DNA of 64,000 nt from Camelus dromedarius (lineage: Eukaryota), in contig NC_087437.1 of the NCBI RefSeq assembly GCF_036321535.1, forward strand, positions 63,118,001-63,182,000, given 5' to 3'. Positions 22,891-35,610 of the stretch are shown in pieces. Position numbers and translations under genes: made by a program. Position 1 is the stretch's first letter. Each line of letters opens with the position of its first letter. The notes below the pieces were generated by a model. The model saw only the letters and a program-made list of their open reading frames with translations, searched no databases and had not been told where the DNA came from.

Positions 22891-25074
22891 ACAGCCAGCA
22901 AGGACCTTCTGGTCACTTCCCTGTGCCCCACTTCCTTCCTTTTCTAGGTGAATAAAAAGGTAGGGATGGATTGTCCCACTTTTCCTGATGAAAGCTGGGG
23001 CATGGGAATGCTAAAGCACAAGAGTAAACTGCAGAGAAAGTCTGGGAACCAGAGAGTTGATGTTTCCCAAATCACGGAAGGCTGTGTGGCCTTTAAGGTA
23101 GGAGCTGGAGGGCTGGGCCTCAACCTGCTCAAGAATACTGGAAGGGGGAAGCCAGGGCCCTCCTTCCCAAAGCCACTGTAGCCTCCCTGGGCAGGTAAGA
23201 AACAGCAGCCCTAGTGGAGCAGGGCCACAGCAAGGGCAGCAGCTGAGAAGAGCCACAGCTAGGCAACCAAGAAAGGCTGAACGTCAGTGACCCCAGGCAG
23301 AAACCCAGCATCATCCTGATCAAAATGTGTATATACAGTTATAGCTGGGGGAAAACTGAGGGAGAGGAAGTGATGGCTTAATGAGGAGGACACAGCTATG
23401 TACCCTGGGCATTCGTTTCTTTAAAATGTTTGCTCTGAAAGAATTATCTCCCTTTTACTTGCTTGCTTAGTGTTGTTTAAACATCACACTTTTAATAAAG
23501 AGATAGGTTGTGAACCCGACAAGAAGGATATAAAAACTGAGCTCAGCTTTTATCTCAAGTAAACACTTGGACGCCACTGCTGGGACCTGCACATCCAGGT
23601 GGAGACCAGGATCTGCCTTCGGAAAGAGCCCCCCAGCGGGTGCAGATGTCAGTGGTCCAAACTGGCTTGGACCAAGTGGCTATGGAAAAGTCCTCCTGTG
23701 ACACAGATACCCTGATTAGATTGGGACTGCTCTCCAACACACAGGGCTTAGGAAACTGAGGGGAAACTAGAGGATAAGAAGAAACATACATAAAATACAT
23801 TTACCTCCCACTTACTTCATACCCGCTCCTCATCGGCACTGCAAAGCACCTTCTCACTGACTCCTTGTGACCCTCCCCCACTAACATTGTTCCCAACCAA
23901 CTGTCATTCCTGACATTTTTACTAGACCACAGGTTGTGGTCAAGGTTGCCTGGATTTTCATTGTGGCTAAAATGCTTCAGGAGGCAACAGGGGGCTTTGC
24001 CCGAGTCCATGCTCGCCAAGCAGTGTCCTCGTCCTGAGTGCACAGGAGGCAGCTGGCCTTTCCCAAGGGAAGGTCTCCATGTGTACAGAGCAGGGCCCCC
24101 AGACTCCCATGTCCCGTGGAAAGGCAGAGGGAGAGAACAAAGGAAGCCAAGTAGTGCATCTGCTCCCTGCAAGGGTGCCCACCCGGTCATTCTGTCCACC
24201 TCTAACAGCAGACTCTGCCTCCGCCTCTTCTCAGGAAGGTCAGGTGATCTTTACTAAGTGCTCTGAGCCCTTGGGACCCAATGGGCCTCTCTGCCCCGGG
24301 AGTCTGACAGGAAATCAATCTGCTGTCTCCTCTGCTTTCTGAATATTATGCATGCCTATCAGGTAGGAATTTGAATCAGATGATCTCCAGGTCCTGCCTA
24401 ATGCCAGCACTCTATAATTCCTTTCAGCCAAGGCGCAAGTATGCCTTTTTGGCTTGAGGCAAGGAGAAAACTGACATAAAGTTAGAAAATGCAATCACCT
24501 TCCAAATCCCCTTGACAAGACAGGACAGCAGCGGTATCCAGAACTCGACTTTGTTTTACATCAGAAGAAACTGCGGCCAGACTGCAGGAGTAACTTAAAG
24601 ACAAGGTGATATAGCTGATGGTTGAACTTGGGTCACCCAGGACCCCTGGCATCTCGTGCTTGTCCCCCTGCACTGTTCAGATCCACCACATTTGGCTGAG
24701 CAGTGCCCTGACTCTGGGCACCAGCAGCTGCTTTACCCTCTTAGGGGTATTTGGCTCCAGCTAATACCACAAGAGTCAAAATCCTGAGCATACACTAGTC
24801 AGATAATGAGGAAAGGCGCCACAGCCACAGCTGAGTGGCAGAGAGAAGCCAGCCCCAGACTTTACAAGTCACCATAAATGTATCACAGTGTGGGTAATTT
24901 ATATAGAGATGGCTGCATAACAAAAACAATCACTTCACTGCTACTATCAAGGGCCTCCCTCAGGATGGGTTCCCTGGTTACCCAATCATCCGACGATCTT
25001 CCCCCAGATGATCTTGATACGATCCTGGGTTAAGTCACTGGGTTAAGTCAGTTGCTTCAGAGCAACTGAAGATA

Positions 25075-25380
25075 TTTGCTATTTTAGGAAGATTGGTCTA
25101 GGCAACCTTGAAAGGAGAAAACAGGACCAGAAAGGCTAGTCAGGAGGCTTGTGAAGCACCTAGGCATGAGGTAAAAAGGTGAGGATGAGTGGAAAGGAAA
25201 GGTTGCAGGCCAGAGGTTATAACAGCTACTGGATCTGCAGACTAAGATGAGGCAGCCATGGGAGAGAGAAAATCATGAAGAAATTCAAGGTTTTAAGTCT
25301 TGAGAAAGAGGGACACTGGATCTCGGGAAGAGGGGCTCAGTTTAACTTTTGACACACTGACAGGATATTCACAAAGAGTG
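25075..25380 (-). mobile_element. L2 internal fragment
   Basis: ttttaggaagattggtctagg...ctagtcaggaggct...caaggttttaagtcttgag...tttgacaca; purine-rich antisense L2 pattern. Confidence 0.5.
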
Positions 25381-27654
25381 TATACAGAGCAGAGAGTTAA
25401 AGAAGAGAGCCTGAAATCTAAAAGACATAAGCAAGGTGGCCACATCCACGGTGGTCTAGAGAACAGGTCTGGATACTCAGCAGGGTGCAGACTGTGCTGG
25501 GCGCTCAGTGCCTCCAGGTTTGCGTGTCTTACATCCCAAATATCCTGTAAGCATCTTGAGGGCAGACAACTTCCACGTGCCTCGCAGTAACCAGCACAAG
25601 GCACATGGAGGCACAGAGCTGAAGCCTGTCTCACCCTCAACTTTCATGACAACAGAAGTCAGCCTGGCCAATGGTCATGGGCATCGGTCCTGCCAGCTGC
25701 CCTCTTCTCTTGGGAGGACAATGCAAGGTCCCCACACAGATTCACCAGGCAGAAAAGAAAGCCCCTTTGTGGGTTAAATCCTTCCACTGTTTTCTCAAGA
25801 TAGTGACCAGTTCACAGGACATGAGCCATCATCCCAACACCTTCCCTGCTAAGATTTTAAGAGCTTAAATCAATAAAGGAAGAAGAGCCCTGACTGACAA
25901 GGGAAGCCAAGACTCTCCAGGCTCCAGGCCTTGTGGGTGAGACCCTTACCACAAACTCTTCCACCTGCAGCCAAGGCCACACACACACAGGACCCTCCTG
26001 GGCCAATGCCCACCTCTGGTTCTGGACCACAGAGCCTTCCTACCCTTCCCTGGACCCTGGTGGAAAGTCCCACGATCTGCCACTCCATACCTACCCCTGC
26101 AATAAGAACAGCAGGGCTCGTAGCTCTCTTTCAGGGCCCCTGGTAAGGGCTAAGCAGACAAGCTGACAGCTAGATGCTGATAAATTCCTCAAACAGGTGC
26201 ATCCAACCTCTAGAGAGTTACTGTCACTTAGAAATAGATTTAAGGTAAGGTCTATCTCCCTTTGATCTGAGGCAGAAGATAGTAAAGATGACTGGGGTGG
26301 AGAATGCCTAAGGAATGCACAGGCCTCCATTCTCTAGAGGGCACCAGAAAGCTCCACGTCATCAGGTGAGACGGGGGTCCTGGTGTGGTTCACCCCACCC
26401 GTCCTTCATGTGATCAGAGAGCAAAAGCCAAGAGCCTGAACTCTGGACCAGACTTCAACAACGTCCTGCATTCACACTCGAGACTCTGTCCCCAGAGCAC
26501 ATCTCTGGAGACCTCTAGCATACCTGCAGGCTGCCCCTCCCTCTCTCTTGCGAGAAAGCCCCCCTCTAGATATACTTTGCTGCCTGGGGCCTGCTCAGGT
26601 CAGGTCTGCTCTGCAGGGAGAGGGGAGCTGGCAGAGACCCAGCACAGAGCACATGTGAAGGGGCCCCAAGGGAACCCTGTGCTCGTGACCTTCCCAAGGG
26701 AGACACCTGTGATTTTGGACTTCTGGGCACTTTGCCCAGTGGCCTGACATCCTGGGGGTGGAGGAGGGGCCTAGCTGGCTCCAAGAAAGAGCCTGACAGA
26801 GGAGTTACTGGTTGAGGGGCTCAGGAGAGACAACACAAACCTGAGGCAGGAATGGCAGCAACTGATAAGCAAGGAAGCCTTGTCCCTAAAAGGGACAAAT
26901 GCTGTGAAGGTCCTACCTCCAGACTTCCATGCAGAAAGTCTGCTGGAATGGCAGGGACTCCTTGGCACTGATGAATGGTGGGCATTCACAGTATCAATAA
27001 TGAGCTTTATGTAGTTTCTCCAAAGTTCCTGCAGAACCTTCATCTCTGCCCGGCTGGGGACTTCTGAGGCCCTGCCCTGGTCTCTCCCATTGGCCCTGAA
27101 ACGTGGCCACTCCAAACCAACAGGAAACCTTGGCCCTTTCCCTCCTACTCCGCCTTACCCTAGTTATCACTGGGCCAGGAGGCCACAGCAAAGACAAAGA
27201 AGGTAGAGGAAGCTTCAGTTCAATGGTTTGTTGATCCTACATTCCCCTCATCCCCCAACAATCTTCAAATCAACCAAAGCACCGCTTACTCAAGGTAGTC
27301 CCATCCTCAGAGCCTAACAGAGGGGCTCGCGTCCACTCCTAACTGTGTTTTCCTTTCATCTCCCACATGCCCTTCCATCCAGTCTGGGACACCCACGTCC
27401 ATAATCAAACATGGGCCACCATTTGGGCTCCACCCTCTCAGTCTTTCTCTTTCCCAATTTACTTCTTTTATTTATCAAATTTATTTTGGCCATTATAAAG
27501 GCAGTACATAGGAAACTTGAAAAAGAAGGTAGACATAGGAAATAAAATGACCCAAAGTCTCAACCCTCTCCCCACCGCCATTTATTAACATTATTTTTTA
27601 AATTACATTTCCTTATGGTCTACTTGCTATGCATTTTTCCTTTATTTTTTTCCA

Positions 27655-27760
27655 TCTGGATCAGACAGCCTGATTCCCCAGCTCTATCACTTGTTGTGTG
27701 ACCTTGGGCGAGTTATCTCCTTAACCTCATGAAACCCAATTTCCTGGCTTGAATGACAAT
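27655..27760 (+). mobile_element. MIR fragment
   Basis: gatcagacagcctgattccccagctctatcacttgttgtgtgaccttgggcgagtta. Confidence 0.8.
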
Positions 27761-28024
27761 GGGGGTGGAAGTTGATTGTGGCAGCTCTACTCATTCCTGT
27801 GATATCTGCTTTCCAATAAACTCCATCTAACTGAAATCAGTGATCAGATCCATCAATAAAGAAATAGAATTCAACTTCTAAAAATTCACGTGACATACAA
27901 CTTTTTTGAAATGCTGCTAGCATATCCCAGGAGGTAGGTCATTCAAAGTGTGGAATCATCACTTCCTGTGGATGGCACAGCCCCAGCACGCAGAGAACAC
28001 CAATGCACAGTGTTGAGAGTCAAG

Positions 28025-28245
28025 AATATCACAATGCTATCACTTACTGTGTACCTACCATGTTCTAGGAACTCTGCTAGGCTCTTGGCAAACTTTTTCT
28101 TCTCCTATTCTCAACAAACTTGCAAAACAAAATCTGATCCCCTGATTCTACAGATAAGGAAAGCTAGGCTAAGAGGCTTACCCCAAACCTCTGCTCTAGA
28201 AGGCCCAGAGTTCAGGTCTTCTGCATCCAAATCCCACTCTGTTGT
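28025..28245 (-). mobile_element. MIR SINE
   Basis: cacttactgtgtacctaccatgttctagg...attctacagataaggaaagctaggct. Confidence 0.75.
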
Positions 28246-28659
28246 CCTAGGCAGTGACCTGAACTGATTCTCTGTGCATTATTTCTGGCTGTTCCATTCA
28301 GTACTCAAGCAGAATGTCTTGTTGTCTAGAGCAGACTTTCTGGCTGTTTTTCTTAAACTTACTCCTCTGGCCTTTCTGCAGGGGACCAGGATTAGCTAGG
28401 TGGACCCATTCTGACCTTCTCTGCTCACAGCAATTATGACGGAAAGAACAGGACAACCTGTGGAAACTCCTGACCTTTTGCCCAGTATGTCCAGGTAAGG
28501 TGAAGGGGTGTCGGGGTGGGGATGGGACCAGCTTGAGGAGCTCTAAATGAGAAACCTGAGCTCATTCTGCCCTTGGAATGGAGTCTAATGATTCCTGGAA
28601 CATCATCACCCACTGTTGAATGAATGACATTTTACATTAATCACACAAAATGGATACAG

Positions 28660-28795
28660 TCATATGAGGGATAAGGAAAATAAGATTCAGAGAAGTCAAG
28701 TAATCTACTCAAAGTCACACAGCCAGCAAGTGCTAAAGCTGAGCTGGCTGAACTGAGGTCTGTCCAATTCCCAAACCCATGCTTTGCTTACCCCA
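28660..28795 (-). mobile_element. MIR fragment
   Basis: gataaggaaaataagattcagagaagtcaagtaatctactcaaagtcacacagccagcaagtg. Confidence 0.8.
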
Positions 28796-29042
28796 GCAAG
28801 CTGTCCTCCTTACTAAGTGTCCAAAAACATATCAGGTAGTGCAAAGTTTGCAGGGAGGATGCTTAGGACCTTTCCCAGAACCCCCACAAAGATGATTTTA
28901 TTCAGGGGCCCTGATGGCAACTGCTTGCAGCTATTAAACCATCTGCCTGAGAATCCAAATTCTAATTTCTACCACATGCAGGAATTCCTCAGGGAACATG
29001 TAGTTCAAACTTCAAGGAGGGTCAGAAAAACAAAGGTCCTTC

Positions 29043-29575
29043 TATGGTACATTGTTTACAAAGCTGGTCACATCAAGTTCTCCCATCCATGTGTGCATGC
29101 TCCTTTGCAACGTGACTGTCTCTCTGTCCCTTAAGAGGTGGCTCTACCTCCATACTCCCCAGATCTAGGCTAGTCAAGACCTGGTTTAACCAGAACATAG
29201 CAGAAGAGACACTGTGTCACTTCAAGAGGTCTTACAGCTTCCACTCTCATCTTCTCAGAACACTCCTGCCATCATGTAAGAAAACAGTCCTTTATTCTGG
29301 TGAATGAGATGCCACAAGATGAATAGAGAGAGACACCCAGCTGACAGGCAGCACCAACTGCCAGACCTGTGAGTGAAGCCATCTTAGACCACTCAGCCCC
29401 AGGCAAGCTGTCAAATAGCTAGAGCTACATCAGTGATCCCAGGTGAGACCAGCAGAAGAATTGCCCTGCTGATCCCAACCCAAATGGCTGACCCATAAAA
29501 CTGTAAGCAAATCAACAGTTGTTTTAAGCCACTAAGGTTTGGGTATTTTGTTACACAGCATTAGTAACTGATACT
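29043..29575 (+). mobile_element. MaLR solo LTR (MLT1F/G-like), full length
   Basis: cagcaccaactgccagacctgtgagtgaagccatctt...gaccagcagaagaattgccctgctga...gttgttttaagccactaaggtttggg...aactgatac; flanks ccttc/ccatc (5-bp TSD, 1 mismatch). Confidence 0.88.
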
Positions 29576-30374
29576 CCATCCCTTTGCCTCTGGGAACACT
29601 TCCCTCACCTCTTCTCGGCAGTACTCACCTATCCAGCAAGCAATCCTTCAGTTCTAAGCCACCTCTACATAGGACTTCTTTCAGAAGGTTCTTCCCAAAA
29701 CCACTTTCATTCAGTATATATTTACACAGTGTATCCTACAAGTGTGGCACTTGTAGGATAGGGTACAGGGTATTAATAAGTGTGTGAGTTGAGGACTCTT
29801 CCGTCAATGAACTCACAGTATTACAGGTGTCATAACCTGAGCCCCAAAACAGCAGCAACACAAAGGGAGATGTGAGATGCACAGCTGGCACCACAGCATG
29901 TGTCCATGGCGGGCAGAAGTGTGAACAAATGGGCAACACGGAATAAAGTGGTATGGGGTCCAATTTCCCAAATCACCTTACAGAGGATTACTCCACAAAT
30001 CCATCACTTTGAGGGCATAAAGAATGTGGGAACTGAGGAAGACTGTAAAGTGTATTTCAGGAAAGCAGCCGATGTGGCTCGTGGCCTGAGACTCTGTAGG
30101 CTCCAGGAAACCCCAAGTCTGGAGCCAGACAGCAAATACAGTTGTGACCACATAACAAACACCTGAGCCCAAGGGTTTCACAAGGGCTCATAAAATGGGA
30201 GTGGTTTAGAGACTGCTTTTACTAATGTACAACTTCTCTGTGTGTACTCAGGAAGAAAATGTCTTCTCTCACATATCAAGCTGTTGGTTATAGTCAACAA
30301 CTCCCTAGTGCCTTCTAAAGAACTCCGAACTTCTTAACCTGACATCTAGGGGTTCTCCATGATCTGGTGCTGAA

Positions 30375-30580
30375 GTCAGATCTGGAAATCTAATCCAAGC
30401 ATTAAGACTTCTTCACCAGCTGTGTGGCCCTGGACAGGCCACTTTACACTTTTGAGTCTCAGTTTCTTAATCTGTAAAATTGGGATTTTACATGCATAGA
30501 TCAGGGGGATGTTATGAAAAGTAAAATGACATAACAAAGTGCCCAGTATTGTCCCTGGCAAACAATGGATGTTTACTAAA
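30375..30580 (+). mobile_element. MIR SINE
   Basis: accagctgtgtggccctggacagg...tgagtctcagtttcttaatctgtaaaattggga. Confidence 0.85.
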
Positions 30581-31647
30581 CGGACAGTTCCTTCCCGAGA
30601 GTTCAACATCTTCCATCACAGAGAACAGTTTGTGAGATGCCAGGATGGAGGCTGGGATAAAGGCACATCCTGAAGCTTGATGTGGCTGGTAAGAGTAATG
30701 GACTAGGTCTCTGTGTCATAGTTCGTTTTTGCTTTTTACTGCACATCCCAAGTACATCTATATAGCAATTAGGCAGCTAACCAAGGCTTGTCACGGTGTT
30801 TTCTGAGAAGGGAACTCTGAAATGCTTTTTGGTTGCATTTTATCCAAGCCAGCCTCCTCTCGTCTTACACTTCATACCCAACGATAGGCATTCACCTCTT
30901 GTGCTCAGAACACTGGTCCGACATTAGGACTGTTCTCACCTCTGTATCTAGTTCCTTAAGTAGAAAAAACTCTAATCCTAATTTCCTTAGTCCCACTCCA
31001 GCAAAGCACCCCCACACACACATCCAGGCCAACTGAGCATCCAGAGAGACTCACCCCCAACTCCTCCCCTATTGACAAGAAAGTCAGTCCACTGTTGGTC
31101 AGAATTCCTCCCCCATCTCTCTCACACAAATATACACTGGCATTCCACAGTAAAATGGGAAACTGAACTAAGAGAATTAAACCTCCAACAAAGACCAGTC
31201 AATACCACTGACTGGAGCAGCTTTTCACTGAACATGAGGCATCAGGGAGCCATGGCGATCCTCCTCTCCTCCCCCCAAAAAGTACCCGTACTGACCCTCT
31301 ATCCCCAGGATCCCACTGCACAGGTAGTTGTAGAGTGTCCACAAGTATCAGCCCCTGCCCAACTAGAGCCTACAGCTGGGCAGAAGCTCCAGCTGCTAAA
31401 ACATCAACCACTGGCTCCAGATTGAAGAGAAATAGACTCCTTCATACCTATGAGCCCTTATCCTGTGGAAGGGACTCTCTGACTCAGTAACCCCACACAC
31501 CCTTATGCCTACTCTATCATTTAAACACCCCGGAGAGCCCACATGTTTAGTGAAATGGAGTGGTTCCCAGTCTCCAAGCATGGACTCTCCATGGTTGCTC
31601 CATCTCTCCCATCCAAATCACAGCATTGACCCCTCATGAGAGAATGG

Positions 31648-31840
31648 AAATAATTTGTTCAGTGACTTAATGTGCTAGGCCTTCTGCTTGGTCCTTTACA
31701 CAGATGTTCATCATTCATTCCTACAACATATCTCTGGGTAAGACATTATCATTTCCACTTTACACATGAGTAAACTGAGGCTAATAGAGCCCAAGATAAT
31801 GCGGTCAATAGATAGGATACAAGTCCATGACTTTCCATTC
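31648..31840 (-). mobile_element. MIR SINE
   Basis: cattatcatttccactttacacatgagtaaactgaggct. Confidence 0.8.
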
Positions 31841-32904
31841 AAGAGTCAACGTGCAGAGCTGTAGTCTCTAAGTATGTATTCTGAATATAGGTGCCTATGT
31901 TTGGGTGTTTGTCCACCCAGGACAGAGTTTGTGCCTCAGTCACTGGTTTCCTATAGCTCCCAGCACAGTGTCATGTTTGGAGGCAGGGTTGATATTGGTG
32001 ACAGATAGGGTTGCCCTCCAAATCACTTCCAGAGTCCTCTTCCATCAGCGGCCCACTGAGACCTAACCCAAACCTGAGGGCATGTGAACATAGTTACCAC
32101 ATTCATCAAGAGCGGTGCCTTTTCTACAATATATAACATACTATGTTGTTGTGACAGTTTAGACCTTGATAAAAAGACATGAGAAGAAGCAGAAAGACAT
32201 GCAGAGATGGTAGACAGTCACCTTTTCTACAAGCTCACTCTTCACCTGGGAAAGAAGGCGGTACCTCTAAGCCTCTCCCTAGGGAGTGTCCTCTAGGTTT
32301 CCAACATGAGACTCTAATCTAGGCACACCTTCATAACCCCCACCACCACTCTGGCGGCTTCCTTAAAGTCAAGGCAAACAACTCTCCTTAGCAGAAGCCA
32401 ACTCTCCATGCTTTTCCTTGAACTCTCCCTCATTCTCTCTAACCTGGTTCCCAAGCTTAGACAAGGTAGAGAGAGTCAGTTGTCAACGGCAACCAAACCC
32501 CACTGCTTCAACTCCAACTTCACTTCGATTGGTTTGGAGGGATAGAAATCAAGGAGGGGATGGGACCAAGTTGACTTGTATCTAATGTGTTCCCTTAACA
32601 ATCATCATGCCTGATACTCATGCAACTCTTCAATTTTTCTAAGGGCTTTCCAGTATCATCTTATCACCTTTTAATCTTGCTGCAGTTCTTGAGATGAATG
32701 ACAGTGTCCTCAGACAGACAGGAACTCCCTGCAGTTGTTTTTTGTCCTTCTTCACCAGCCTCAGCCTCCAAAGGTGGAGACTTACAGCAGAGGTAGGGCA
32801 GAAATCTGATCTTCCCAACAAAGGCACAGGATCACTCAGCCTTAGAGATGGCTGAGTCTTAGCAGCTCTCCAACTTTAACAACTTAGCAGGGGTCCCCTT
32901 GAAA

Positions 32905-33102
32905 CCACCATCATCCAATAGAACTTTCTGTGATGATGGACACCCACATATATAATCTGTGCAAGACAGTCCCCACTGGCTACACGTGGCTATTGACAAT
33001 TTGAGGTGTAGCTAAAGTAACTGAAAAGCTGAATTCATTTTAATTGTAAATAATTTTCATTTTAATAGCCACATGTGCTAGTGGCTACTACATAAGACAA
33101 GA
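32905..33102. mobile_element. MER3-like hAT-Charlie MITE
   Basis: tccaatagaactttctgtgatgatgga...ccactggctacacgtggctattga...aatagccacatgtgctagtggctac. Confidence 0.85.
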
Positions 33103-34169
33103 TCACCCCAATCAGACCTCAACACAATGGTGATTTACTGCTTCAATTTGCTATTGTTCCACAGAACAAAGGGTGTCATGGAATTTCACACAGAGAAGAC
33201 CTGGCATATGTGCAGACAAAAAGGCTAACCGGATTACCCTTTGCCTAGTTTGGATGCTGATCACTTCAACAGCAAAATGCTCACAAATTCTTATAGACTG
33301 AGCAGGTGAAAACAGAGGTGCCACAAAAGACCATCTAGCCTGACCTCTTCATTTCACAGGTGGGAAAACAGACTTACTACCCCTTTCTCCTCAGATTACA
33401 CCTGACCGATTCGTGTTCTGTAGGGAGTCCAGTGCTTTTCCACACTTGCTCTCAAAGTTTCTGACAACCTTCCCAATTATTCTTCACCTCTAGGTATCCC
33501 ATGGCAAGAGCCAGGCTGGGGAAAAGAAATGACATCTGTCACCACCACCATCAGCAACGAGAGTCTCCTCCTCTAGGACCTCACAAGGGCCCAGAGGTCA
33601 GGAGCAAACTGCAGGGAAAGAGCCATGGGAGTGCTGGACCCAAATTCTCAGCACAGGTCCCTGCAGTTCTCTCTTGTTGCTGCCCAGCTCTGTCTCTACT
33701 CGTCAATCACCTATTTGGAAACCACCAAATTTAGATGTTCAAAAAAATGTTCTCCTCCCCTATTAGCTCAGAGCAGCAGTCACGGTTTAAATTTGGGGCT
33801 TTGAGGGAAATTAATTCCCAGAGGAACCTCTTTCCCTTTGTTACTGGCTGATTGGATCCCTGGAGAGAGGGAGTGCCCACTGGTGTAGGTTCTAGAAATG
33901 AAGATCTTGAAGTTATGGAGAGATGGAACCTAATTTTCTTGTAATAAGAAAAATATTTGTTTCCCCTGTTTTTTAAACTAGAAATTAAAAAGCATGAATA
34001 TGTATGTCAGTCTAATTTTTATTAGTGTTATTTAGAGATCTCTGGTCACACTGGTTGTTAGGGAGAAACAACTGTGACCTATAACTGTTCATTCATCAAC
34101 CACGTATCCAACACCTTCTTTCCAGTTACTTTGCCGGCCACAGCACTATCCAAGGCGGAACAAGTAACA

Positions 34170-34700
34170 TCCAACCATCAATGTTTACTGAGACCCTACT
34201 AGACAGGGAAGTTCTTATCTTCATAGAACTTACATTCCCATAATGGAAGGCTTTCAATAAATCTATGTACAAAATACAAATATCATGTCAGATAGCGCAT
34301 GTCCTAAAAGACCATTAAAGCAGTAGGATGAGAGCATGAGCATGCTACTTTAGCTCTGGTCCTCAAGAAAGGCTGCTTTAAGGAAGTGACATCTGAGCGA
34401 AGGCCTGATTGTTGGGAAGGTGGCAAATGAGAGGGTGAGGGAAGATGGCTCAGGCAGAGGGAAGAACACATGCAAAGGCCCTGAGATGAGCACAAGCTTG
34501 GTGTGTTTTCAGAACAGAAGACTGGCAAGGCTGCAGGGCTGTGAATGGTGGGAAGTGGGAGGAAATGGGGTCTGAGAAAGAGGCCGGTTCAGATTATGTC
34601 GAGTATTACAGGCGACAGTAAGAGGGGTGGGCAGGTATTCCTAGCGCACGGGAAGGCACTGAGGGGTTTTAGGCATGAGAGAAAGACGATCAGACTTATG
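34170..34700 (-). mobile_element. L2a-like LINE fragment
   Basis: atgtttactgagaccctact...ggaagtgacatctgagc...caggcagagggaagaacacatgcaaaggccctgag...gggaaggcactgaggggttttagg. Confidence 0.85.
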
Positions 34701-35016
34701 AATATAAATACTTACATTATGGATAAAATATTCACAATACGGAAGATGACTGTAAAGCAGGCCATTACAAAGTTTTATAGGAACTATGCTAGTAAGGAAA
34801 CCTACACTGCAGGGAAAGGATCAAAAACACTAGGCCTCTTAGGGTGATGGCATTCCAGGCCATAATGAAAGATGCAAAGGTGTGAAAGTGCAAAGTGACA
34901 CGTGTGAAACGTGATGGCATGCTGGAGGGGACACAGGGAGTCAGCATGAAGGCAAGTAGGTACACACATGGGAGGCCTTATACACCAGCCTCAGGAACTG
35001 AATTTATTTTGCAGGC

Positions 35017-35168
35017 CACTGGTTCTTAACTTGGCTCTTAAAAATACTGGCACCTGCCCACACCAAACCTATGAGATCAGAACTTCTGAGGTGGGAGGGC
35101 AGGCACTGGGATGTGTAAAGGGTCTCCGGGTGATGCAAACGCATGGCCAGGGTTGAGAACCACCACTG
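35017..35168. mobile_element. MER5A-like hAT MITE
   Basis: ctggttcttaacttggc...atcagaacttctgagg...ggccagggttgagaaccaccactg. Confidence 0.7.
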
Positions 35169-35489
35169 CCAGTGATGATGGGGCCCCAAAGGGTGTGAGA
35201 CAAGCAGTAACAATTATTTATTTTCCATAACAGGTTTGTTTTTCTAAAGATTATATTTTAGAATACAGTATTTTTAAGTATAATATATTCAGACAATGAA
35301 GACAGATTAATTACCTACATTTACATTTTCAAGTTTTGAGAATTGTTGCAAATGGAGTCACGAATTTCCATTCCTCCTGAACTCTGGCTCTTCTGACAGT
35401 TTATGAGAAATCTAGAAACATCCCTAAACAGAAGCAACCTTTAGCAATACACTGTTGATGGACTTTAGAGCCAGAAGGGTACTCTTGAG

Positions 35490-35610
35490 AGCACTCTTAT
35501 TTTACATATATAAAAAGAGAGGTCCAGAGAGAGGCCTTGACAAGGCCAAGGTTAGCCAGGTTAGCAGCAAAGACAGAACAGGAAACCCAAGGTCTCTTCA
35601 CCACACCACT
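35490..35610 (-). mobile_element. MIR fragment
   Basis: cttattttacata...gaggtccagagagagg...caaggcca...agccaggttagcagcaaag. Confidence 0.5.

Noticed and set aside
24522..24610. Protein-like frame GQQRYPELDFVLHQKKLRPDCRS
   Set aside because: It is short with weak splice sites and no family recognised, so it cannot be supported without a search.
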